64,000 nt of DNA from NCBI GenBank assembly GCA_964016885.1, contig OZ024741.1, positions 401,636,001-401,700,000 of the forward strand, in the 5' to 3' direction. The stretch is from Eledone cirrhosa. Taxonomy: Eukaryota. This document shows, piece by piece, positions 40,601 through 52,600 of the stretch (position 1 is the first letter of the stretch; every line of letters starts with the position of its first letter). Under the pieces are notes generated by a model, which made no database searches, had not been told where the DNA came from, and was given only the letters and a program-made list of their open reading frames with translations. A program made the translations under genes and the position numbers.

Positions 40601-43600
40601 CATCAGGGTTCGGTCCTCAGCCCGCTCTTGTTCATTATAGTCCTCCAAGCCATAACAGAGGAGTTTAAGACTGGCTGTCCATGGGAACTTCTCTATGCTG
40701 ACGATCTGGCTCTTATAGCAGAATCAGTAGAGGAGCTAGAGAATAAATTTTGGCTATGGAAACAGCAGTTGGAAGCAAGAGGACTGAGAGTGAACCTAGC
40801 TAAGACAAAAGTGTTGATGAGTAGAAAAGAGGACAAAACTCTAATTCCGTCAGGGAAATGGCCTCATGTTCGATATGCAGAAAAGGAACTGGCATAAATT
40901 CTATAAAATGCACACAATGCAGATCCTGGGTACCCAAGAGATGTAGCGGGATAGCAGGCAAACTAACAGGTAGGGAGAAATACGTATGCAGTAGATGTAC
41001 AGGGAAATTAGACAGTAGAAGTTGCATTGATAGACACATTTTTCAAATGCAGGCGGGTGCTATAGAAGTGGTAGATAGCTTCCGGTACCTAGGAGATCAG
41101 ATTAGCATGGAGCGGGGTGTTTCAAGGCCATAGTATCTAGAATAAGGACGGGTTGGAAGAAGTTTAGGGAGCTGCTGCCTCTGCTGACGAAGAAGGGTTT
41201 CTCCCTGCGTACGAAAGGCCGGTTATATGATGCCTGTGTGAGGAGCGCGATGCTGCATGGTAGTGAGACACGGGCAGCAACTGCAGAGGATATGTGACGG
41301 CTGGAGAGAAATGAGGCAAGCATGCTCCGTTGGATGTGCAATGTCAATGTGCGTGAACGACCCAGCATGAATGTGTTGAGAGAGAAACTGTGTCTGAGAG
41401 GGATAGAATGTAGTGTACGGGAGAGAGGAGACTGAGGTGGTATGGTAATGTGATGCACATGGAGGATGACCGATGGGTGAAGAAGTGCCAGGAAATGCCT
41501 GTTGAAGGTAGACGCAGTAGAGGTAGACCACGAAAAACATGGGCGGAGGTGGTGAGAACAGACCTCAGATCGCTGAAGCTCACGGTGGAGATGACGAAGG
41601 ACCGAGACAAGTGGAGATATGCTGTGCTGAATAAGACCCATCCCACCCTTGCAAGCAGGGTAAAGCGGACGTAAAATGATGATGATGATGATATATATAT
41701 ATATGAAGCTACATGCGCCGATTGTACATATGTGGACAGAAGGTGCTGTGCACTCTATTGTTGCAAAACTTGAGTTTGGGAATAATTGAAAATACCCATT
41801 TACGTGAGTTGTATTGAGGCAAATAACTATGTGTATACTCTTGGAGTTTATTTAACATTACCTATTGAGTATGTTGAGATGCAACGAGTCCTAACAGTGA
41901 TACACATGCTAGTTCCATCAACTTATTATATATATAAACATCTTTTTTCCTTTTTGGATCAGAGGTTTCTTTTTCTAGCAATGAAGTTCCTGTTAGTTAA
42001 TGTAATAGCAAATAACTTAAAGCAACAAAATATATAATTGTTTTAATACCTGGAGTCTAATTGTTCTTTACCTTTTGAATCACATAAGTGTGATTGTTGT
42101 TTATCATCATCATCATCATCATCGTTTAACGTCCATTTTCCACGCTAGCATGGGTTAGACGGTTTAACAAACATATATTTCACTATATTTTACAAACATA
42201 CTTTACAATACAATATACTGTTCTTTACAATCAGATTTTTTAGTAGATTAAATTATTCTCATTAATATTATATTCTCTTCAATCATCTTTATTTAATTAA
42301 TCAATTTAACTTCGTAGAAAATAAGCTGCAACAACATATTTTTAGAATTATTTCTATGCATATAATCTAATGGTTAGATCAGGCTTCTGCCTGCTACTGG
42401 TACCATGTAACCCAGTACAACCTGCTTCATGGTCAAGTGGTCAGTGACTAAACCAGCTCCCCCACCAGACCTTGGTATGGTCAGATCAGGCTTCTACCTG
42501 CTACTGGTACCATGTAACCCAGTACAACCTGTTTCATGGTCAAGTGGTCAATGACTAAACCGGCTCCCCCACCAGACCCTGGTATGGTCAGATCAGGCTT
42601 CTACCTGCTACTGGTACCATGTAACCCAGTACAACCTGTTTCATGGTCAAGTGGTCAATGACTAAACCAGCTCCCCCACCAGACCCTGGTATGGTCAGAT
42701 CAGGCTTCTACCTGCTACTGGTACCATTTAACCCAGTACAACCTGTTTCATGGTCAAGTGGTCAGTGACTAAACCAGCTCCCCCATCAGACCCTGGTATG
42801 GTTAGATCAGACTTCTACCTGCTACTGGTACCATTTAACCCAGTACAACCTGCTTCATGGTCAAGTGGTCAGTGACTAAACTGGCTCCCACACATAGACC
42901 CTGGTATGGTTAGATCAGGCTTCTACCTGCTACTGGTACCATTTAACCCAGTACAACCTGTTTCATGGTCAAGTGGTCAGTGACTAAACCAGCTCCCCCA
43001 CCAGACCCTGGTATGGTCAGATCAGACTTCTACCTGCTACTGGTACCATTTAACCCAGTACAACCTGTTTCATGGTCAAGTGGTCAGTGACTAAACTGGC
43101 TCCCTCACCAGACCCTGGTATGGTCAGATCAGACTTCTACCTGCTACTGGTACCATTTAACCCAGTACAACCTGTTTCATGGTCAAGTGGTCAGTGACTA
43201 AACTGGCTCCCCCACCAGACCCTGGTATGGTCAGATCAGACTTCTACCTGCTACTGGTACCATTTAACCCAGTACAACCTGCTTCATGGTCAAGTGGTCA
43301 GTGACTAAACCAGCTCCCCCACCAGACCCTGGTATGGTCAGATCAGACTTCTACCTGCTACTGGTACCATTTAACCCAGTACAACCTGTTTCATGGTCAA
43401 GTGGTCAGTGACTAAACTGGCTCCCCCACCAGACCCTGGTATGGTCAGATCAGACTTCTACCTGCTACTGGTACCATTTAACCCAGTACAACCTGTTTCA
43501 TGGTCAAGTGGTCAGTGACTAAACTGGCTCCCCCACCAGACCCTGGTATGGTCAGATCAGACTTCTACCTGCTACTGGTACCATGTAACCCAGTACAACC

Positions 43601-46600
43601 TGTTTCATGGTCAAGTGGTCAGTGACTAAACTGGCTCCCACACATAGACCCTGGTATGGTCAGATCAGACTTCTACCTGCTACTGGTACCATGTAACCCA
43701 GTACAACCTGTTTCATGGTCAAGTGGTCAGTGACTAAACTGGCTCCCCCACCAGACCCTGGTATGGTCAGATCAGACTTCTACCTGCTACTGGTACCATG
43801 TAACCCAGTACAACCTGTTTCATGGTCAAGTGGTCAGTGACTAAACTGGCTCCCCCACCAGACCCTGGTATGGTTAGATCAGGCTTCTACCTGCTACTGG
43901 TACCATTTAACCCAGTACAACCTGTTTCATGGTCAAGTGGTCAGTGACTAAACTGGCTCCCCCACCAGACCCTGGTATGGTCAGATCAGACTTCTACCTG
44001 CTACTGGTACCATGTAACCCAGTACAACCTGTTTCATGGTCAAGTGGTCAGTGACTAAACTGGCTCCCCCACCAGACCCTGGTATGGTCAGATCAGACTT
44101 CTACCTGCTACTGGTACCATGTAACCCAGTACAACCTGTTTCATGGTCAAGTGGTCAGTGACTAAACTGGCTCCCCCACCAGACCCTGGTATGGTCAGAT
44201 CAGACTTCTACCTGCTACTGGTACCATGTAACCCAGTACAACCTGTTTCATGGTCAAGTGGTCAGTGACTAAACTGGCTCCCCCACCAGACCCTGGTATG
44301 GTCAGATCAGGCTTCTACCTGCTACTGGTACCATGTAACCCAGTACAACCTGTTTCATGGTCAAGTGGTCAGTGACTAAACTGGCTCCCCCACCAGACCC
44401 TGGTATGGTCAGATCAGACTTCTACCTGCTACTGGTACCATGTAACCCAGTACAACCTGTTTCATGGTCAAGTGGTCAGTGACTAAACTGGCTCCCACAC
44501 ATAGACCCTGGTATGGTTAGATCAGGCTTCTACCTGCTACTGGTACCATTTAACCCAGTACAACCTGTTTCATGGTCAAGTGGTCAGTGACTAAACTGGC
44601 TCCCCCACCAGACCCTGGTATGGTCAGATCAGACTTCTACCTGCTACTGGTACCATGTAACCCAGTACAACCTGTTTCATGGTCAAGTGGTCAGTGACTA
44701 AACTGGCTCCCACACATAGACCCTGGTATGGTTAGATCAGGCTTCTACCTGCTACTGGTACCATTTAACCCAGTACAACCTGTTTCATGGTCAAGTGGTC
44801 AGTGACTAAACTGGCTCCCACACATAGACCCTGGTATGGTCAGATCAGACTTCTACCTGCTACTGGTACCATTTAACCCAGTACAACCTGTTTCATGGTC
44901 AAGTGGTCAGTGACTAAACTGGCTCCCACACATAGACCCTGGGCTGATGAAGAGGGTAAGTCGAACCCCCAGCAGCACAATAAAGAAGAACTGTTAAAAG
45001 GGCAGATGAACTCCTCAGAGTCAATGGACATCCACCCCAAATGTGAGTTAAATAAACTCACCAAAAGCGTGGTGAGTATAGCTAATCCACTGAAGATATG
45101 ACCAAAACCAAACAGAAAGTGATGGAGATTAACCAGGATGGGGTTCCTATGACAGGAGTGAGAAGGTCCTGGATTACATTAGATTGTATAGAATCTAATT
45201 GTTCTTTAATGTCTTCTATTTCAGAATCTACAACAGAAGCAGCAACAACAGCTACAGGTATGTAGTCTAGAATATACACAATTTAACTACAGTTTCACAT
45301 TAAAGACAAATAACTGCATAAAAGTTATGTCATATGCTATGACACATCCTATCCTAATACCTAGAGAATTAAAGAATTATCACCATATCAATGTTGTCTT
45401 ATTTCCATATGATCAAGGGAGGTTAGATATCTTAAGACATTAGTAGGACCATGTCTTGTTTTTATAAGATCAATGTGTCAGTAAGATCAAAGGAGGTTAC
45501 TGATCTCTTAAGATTGTTACATTAGTATGACCATGTCTTATTTCAATATGATCAATAGAAGTTACAGATATCTTAACCCTCTTGGCATAAGTCACCAATA
45601 GAGTCGTCTCCCCTTAATACAGTGTGAAAGGAAGCAATTCATAAAAGAATCAGTGCCCTAAAGATTAAGATTATTACATTAGTATAAATATGTCTTACTT
45701 CAAAAGATCAATATGTTAATATGATCATAAGTTACAGATATCTTAACATCATTAGTATGATAATGTTATACAATAGTTCAATCAGATCAATATATGAATA
45801 TAATCAAGGGAGGTTACTGATGTCTTACTTCAATAGGATCATGATATATATTAGTATGACAGTAACAAGATGGTTGTCGTTAGTACGTCAGATAGAATGC
45901 TTTGAAGTATTCATTCTAACTCTCTGCTCTCTGAGATCAAATCCCGCCACGATCAACTTTGTCTTTCATCTATTCAAGGTCGATAAAAAAAGTAACAGTC
46001 TAGTACTGGGGTCGATTCTTCCTCAGTATCATTTTTTTACTTTCATTCTCTCCCTCTCTCTATCTATTTATCTCTCTCACTCTCTCTCAGAAATCTACTG
46101 TGTTCAGACCTGGAGAGGAGATGGGCTCCACCAGGTTTGAAGAAATACTCTAGAAATGCTGTATATCAATACAGCACTGCTCTGACTCCCTCAGGATTAC
46201 AGGAAAGAAAAGAAATATTAGTATGATCATGAGATGTTAGACATAATCAATGTTTCAATAGCAAAACCTTATTTTAGACAAATTCCTTCCTCTATCAATA
46301 TATAACTATTGCTTGTGCCATTCTTATATGTTCTCTTACTGCATACATTTTGTTTTCTTACCCTCATTTCATTTTACGCAATATTCATTTGGTTTGTAGT
46401 TTGGTACCTCTGTGTAAGGTTGTATATGTGTGTGCCCTTAAGTGTTGTATATGTGTACCTCTCACCATATTGCAGTTTTGGTGGTCTTATTCATACTAGT
46501 CACCAATCTGGTATTTTGTCAAACCTGTGAAGACAAGGCTTTTTTAGAGGCAACCTTTACTTGCCTCGTCATATCTACATCACTGGGTTGGGAGAGGTTT

Positions 46601-49600
46601 TTGGGGAGCTATAGGTGTCACCCATTGCTCCATCTCCCCTAGTAGTTTACCACTTTTGGTCCTGGGTTGCATATTCATCAGCTAACTGCCTGCTTATATC
46701 CCAAATAACCATCATATCTGGTGGCAAACTCCAACCTGTTCTCAATCAGAACAGTTCTGCTGAGAAGTATATATGTGTCTATATCTAAATGTTAGAGTGT
46801 ATGTGAGTCTCTGTAAAGTGAGGAATAATAGAATTTACTTTCTGTATTTCACCTGTAAGTGATTTAATATTGTTGATGTTTTATTTCTGTAAATACAGAG
46901 TCTTGGTGTGTGTTTAATGATGGTTTAGCTGATGCCTCATTAATAAGAAGTTGGGATATTAAGACTTCAAGTAATGAAGAATATGTCAATTCAATCAGAC
47001 CTGGTGGAAAAGGATGGAAACCTGCTCTCAATGATACTAAACGTACAGTAAGAATTTTTGTAGGAGATTCTTTAAGATATGGTGGATCAATAAGGTTACT
47101 CCAGACTAAATATGTTGAGAAGTTTGATGTCATACTCTCTGATGGACAGGTAAATCATATCTTTATTAAATTAATAAGGTATTAAATAGTATAATATAAT
47201 GATATTTAAAAGATTGTTCTAGTGTATTCTTTGAATTATTATATCTGCAGTAAAACCTTGGTTCATAAACTTAATTCATTCCTGAAGGCCATTCGTCACC
47301 TGAAATGTTCACAAACCGAAACTATTTTTCATATACAAAATGTTGAGAGAGTGATCAGCATAGTAACTAACAAAACAGCAAGAGTCTCTTGCCCACCGAT
47401 ATTCCAAGTTTGTTACCAACCATTGTTGCTGCCTTGCGTGTCCATTGCTCAAGACACCATTCATGAACTGAGACGTTCTATGTTCAGAAAATTGGTTGTG
47501 AACCAATTTGTTCATGACCTAGTTTGTTCATGATGAGGGGTGTTCATGACCTAGTTTGTTCCTGATGAGGGGTGTTCGTGACCTGGTTTATTCATGATGA
47601 GGGGTGTTCATTAACTGAGGTTCCACTGTATATTTATTTGAAGTTCTGATGAGGATGTTTCCTCTAACATCTAGAATGTTGTGTCATTCTGATAATGAGA
47701 TATGCTGATACAACTAAGATAGTATGGCACTCTGTTAATAACTCTGTCAAGAGAGATGGTTGCCCTGTTACCAATCCTCACATATCTTCTTCTTTCTTCT
47801 TCTTGCTCTTGCTCAATGAGACTGGGATCATCCTAGGTCAGTAATCCCAGAGGTGTCATTGTGTGTAGAAATGATATCTAGCTATTGCTTACTTCTTTCA
47901 TCTTTATCCTTTTACCTCTGATTTTCCCTGTTTCCGTGGATTAGAGTGGTCTATTCCCTGTTACCATGGTTTGGAGTGGTCTATTCCCTGTTACCATGGT
48001 TTGGAGTGGTCTATTCCCTGTTACCATGGTTTGGAGTGGTCTATTCCCTGTTACCATGGTTTGGAGTGGTCTATTCCATGTTTACATGGTTTGAAGTGGT
48101 CTATTCCTTGGTTACATGGATTAGAGTGGTCTATTCCCTGTTACCATGGTTTGAAGTGGTCTATTCCTTGGTTACATGGATTAGAGTGGTCTATTCCCTG
48201 TTACCATGGTTTGAAGTGGTCTATTCCATGTTACCATGGTTTGGAGTGGTCTATTCCCTGTTTACATGGTTTGGAGTGGTCTATTCCCTGTTTACATGGA
48301 TTGGAGTGGTCTATTCCCTGTTTATATGGATTGGAGTGGTCTATTCCCTGTTACCATGGTTTGGAGTGGTCTATTCCCTGTTACCATGGTTTGGAGTGGT
48401 CTATTCCCTGTTACCATGGTTTGGAGTGGTCTATTCCCTGTTACCATGGTTTGGAGTTGTCTATTCCCTGTTACCATGGTTTGGAGTGGTCTATTCCCTG
48501 TTTACATGGTTTGGAGTGGTCTATTCCATGTTACCATGGTTTGGAGTGGTTTATTCCCTGTTACCATGGTTTGGAGTGGTCTATTCCCTGTTACCATGGT
48601 TTGGAGTGGTCTATTCCCTGTTTATATGGATTGGAGTGGTCTATTCCCTGTTACCATGGTTTGGAGTGGTCTATTCCCTGTTACCATAGTTTGGAGTGGT
48701 CTATTCCCTGTTTACATGGTTTAGAGTGGTCTATTCCCTGTTACCATGGTTTGGAGTGGTCTATTCCCTGTTTACATGGTTTGGAGTGGTCTATTCCATG
48801 TTTACATGGTTTGGAGTGGTCTATTCCTTGTTTACATGGATTAGAGTGGTCTATTCCCTGTTACCATGGTTTGGAGTGGTCTATTCCCTGTTACCATGGT
48901 TTGGAGTGGTCTATTCCCTGTTACCATGGTTTGGAGTGGTCTATTCCCTGTTTACATGGTTTGTAGTGGTCTATTCCATGTTTACATGGTTTGGAGTGGT
49001 CTATTCCTTGTTTACATGGATTAGAGTGGTCTATTCCCTGTTACCATGGTTTGGAGTGGTCTATTCCCTGTTACCATGGTTTGGAGTGGTCTATTCCTTG
49101 TTTACATGGATTAGAGTGGTCTATTCCCTGTTACCATGGTTTGGAGTGGTCTATTCCCTGTTTACATGGTTTGTAGTGGTCTATTCCATGTTTACATGGT
49201 TTGGAGTGGTCTATTCCTTGTTTACATGGATTAGAGTGGTCTATTCCCTGTTACCATGGTTTGGAGTGGTCTATTCCCTGTTACCATGGTTTGGAGTGGT
49301 CTATTCCTTGTTTACATGGATTAGAGTGGTCTATTCCCTGTTACCATGGTTTGGAGTGGTCTATTCCATGTTACCATGGTTTGGAGTGGTTTATTCCCTG
49401 TTACCATGGTTTGGAGTGGTCTATTCCATGTTTACATGGATTAGAGTGGTCTATTCCCTGTCTACATGGTTTGGAGTGGTTTATTCCCTGTTACCATGGT
49501 TTGGAGTGGTCTATTCCCTGTTACCATGGTTTGGAGTGGTCTATTCCCTGTTTATATGGATTGGAGTGGTCTATTCCCTGTTACCATGGTTTGGAGTGGT

Positions 49601-52600
49601 CTATTCCCTGTTACCATAGTTTGGAGTGGTCTATTCCCTGTTTACATGGTTTAGAGTGGTCTATTCCCTGTTACCATGGTTTGGAGTGGTCTATTCCCTG
49701 TTTACATGGTTTGGAGTGGTCTATTCCATGTTTACATGGTTTGGAGTGGTCTATTCCTTGTTTACATGGATTAGAGTGGTCTATTCCCTGTTACCATGGT
49801 TTGGAGTGGTCTATTCCCTGTTACCATGGTTTGGAGTGGTCTATTCCCTGTTACCATGGTTTGGAGTGGTCTATTCCCTGTTTACATGGTTTGTAGTGGT
49901 CTATTCCATGTTTACATGGTTTGGAGTGGTCTATTCCTTGTTTACATGGATTAGAGTGGTCTATTCCCTGTTACCATGGTTTGGAGTGGTCTATTCCCTG
50001 TTACCATGGTTTGGAGTGGTCTATTCCTTGTTTACATGGATTAGAGTGGTCTATTCCCTGTTACCATGGTTTGGAGTGGTCTATTCCATGTTACCATGGT
50101 TTGGAGTGGTTTATTCCCTGTTACCATGGTTTGGAGTGGTCTATTCCATGTTTACATGGATTAGAGTGGTCTATTCCCTGTCTACATGGTTTGGAGTGGT
50201 TTATTCCCTGTTACCATGGTTTGGAGTGGTCTATTCCTTGTTTACATGGATTAGAGTGGTCTATTCCCTGTTTATATGGTTTGGAGTGGTCTATTCCATG
50301 TTTACATGGTTTGGAGTGATCTATTCCCTGTTTATATGGATTGGAGTGGTCTATTCCCTGTTACCATGGTTTGGAGTGGTCTATTCCCTGTTTATATGGA
50401 TTGGAGTGGTCTATTCCCTGTTACCATGGTTTGGGGTGGTCTATTCCCTGTTTACATGGTTTGAAGTGGTCTATTCCCTGTTACCATGGTTTGGAGTGGT
50501 CTATTGCATGTTTCCATGGATTAGACAGGTTTATTCCAACACAGCTTCCTTCCATCTGCAACATTCCTTCATCATTTCCTCTCAGGTTCAGCAATTTTAA
50601 GATCTGCTCTTACCACCTGTGTCTAGGTCTTCCTTAGTCTTCCTCTAATGCAACTTCCTTCCATTGGGAACTCCTGCCACTTTTTCACTCAAAAATCCTC
50701 ATCCATACAAATACTTTATTTTTTTAGTTTACATATTTAGTTGTTAAATGGCAAATACTTATATTGACTAATCTTAAGTGAATTTTATACCATCATCATT
50801 TTTATGTTCATTTTTCCACACTTGCTTGGATTGGACAAAGTCTTATTTTTAAGTGTTTTGTTGAAACATAAATTTCTAGAACAGCCATGAACTGTCCTAC
50901 ATCTCTTTTTACAGAATACCAAGACAGTTCGGAATAATGGACCAGATGATATTATCAACATACCGTATGGTACCACTGTCAACAGTATAAAGTTAAAATT
51001 TTATACTGTTAAACCAGATTGTGAGATGTCTGTAACAGTATCAGTTATGGGATGTTTTGAATCAAGTAAGTGTGATGGTATTTAACAAACATACTCTATA
51101 CAAACAAACATTTCACTATATTCATGATTCATGATATTTATTTATGAATAAAACAAAACAAAGTAATGTTTTTTCTTACCCAGTATATTTCAACATCATA
51201 TTTCAGGGCTATCACCCTCTTTTTCAAATGTAAAAACAAAAAAAAAAAAAAAAAAAAATGTTACAAAACAAGTAATGCACTTTTTCCCTGACTGGTCCAT
51301 GTATCTGGATTACACATGCATGAAGCAGTCACAGAAGCCACTCTGCTCTATATCATTCTAATCTATTGTTTATTTGTGGCTTCTGTGTGTTGATGATTAG
51401 AGCCTCCTTAATTCTTAAATTCCCCACATACCTGTCCATTGCCTCTATGATAACCTCAATGTCTTGGTTGCAGCATTTGTGAATTTTACTATTTTAAATG
51501 AATTAAATATTTGTTATCATATCATTTATCTGAAACTAATTTTCTATATTAACTGCCTTTTAACTTTAATTTTAAAAAACTATTAAATTTAATTTGGTAG
51601 GAAAATCCTGCACCAAATTAATATATAATTCTTTCTATGGAATCTAATTGTTATTTAATGCCTTCTCTCTAGAATCTACAACTGAAGCAGCAACAACAGC
51701 TACAGGTATGTGCTTTAACATTTCAATAATTTCAATATAAACATCTTCTTCTTGAGTCATCACTCTTTCGAAGGTGAAGCATTTATTTTGCTTTTTCTAA
51801 TGGCTAGAATATATGTGACTCACCACACCTGTATAAACATCCATGCCACTGATGTTGTCCAAGGGAAAAGCAATGACCGATACAGCTTGGCACCAGTGAT
51901 GTGACAACAGATACTATATATATATATATATACTATAGACGTTAAATGATGATGATGATGATGACTCTATCATCAACATCATCCTCATCATCATTATCGC
52001 GACAATTATTATCATCATCATCATCATCATTATTATTGGATTGGCAGTATTGGTAGAGGGTCGGACACCAAGCTTTGACGTATGGAGTTACGGCCCTTGC
52101 CATTCTGAGTTCAAATCCTGCTGAGGTTAACTTAGCCTTCCATCCTTACGGGGTTGATAAAATAAAGTACCAGTAATGTACTGAGTAATTGCTGGTCTTG
52201 TGCCAAAAAGTAAAAACAATAGGAGTTCAAGACCGGCTGCCCATGGGAACTCCTATACGCTGATGATCTAATGCTTATAGCTGAATCAATGGCTGAACTA
52301 GAGAAGAAATTCCAAACATGGAAGCATGGCCTAGAATCAAAAGGCCTTAAAATTAACCTGTCTAAGACTAAAGTTCTAGTTTGTAGGAAGGAAAATAGGG
52401 CACTGGTCCCATCTGGGAAATGGCCATGCTCAGTGTGTAGGAAAGGAGTAGGCAGAAACACCATTTTATGTCCCAAATGCAAAGTATGGGTGCATAAAAG
52501 ATGTAGTGGGATCACAGGTAAGCTAACTAAGAATATAGATTTTATATGTGGCCGGTGCTCAGGTGCAATAAGTAGCAGCAAGTGCCCACAGAATACTAGC

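Noticed and set aside
42371-44941. CRISPR-like appearance of regular repeats
   Set aside because: No unique spacers and no cas genes; eukaryotic tandem repeat.
44943-44970. CTGATGA...GAAC possible hammerhead
   Set aside because: No GAAA and no convincing stems I/II. The same applies to CTGATGAGG at ~47562 and ~47646.
47222-47533. 103-aa ORF duplicated at 61351
   Set aside because: Lies within a MITE in a duplicated intron; no recognisable protein motif.
47946-50637. Long repetitive ORFs (VVYSLLPWFG / EWSIPCYHGL repeats)
   Set aside because: By-product of a 30-bp (multiple of 3) minisatellite open in several frames; intronic, RTE-derived, no splice signals.
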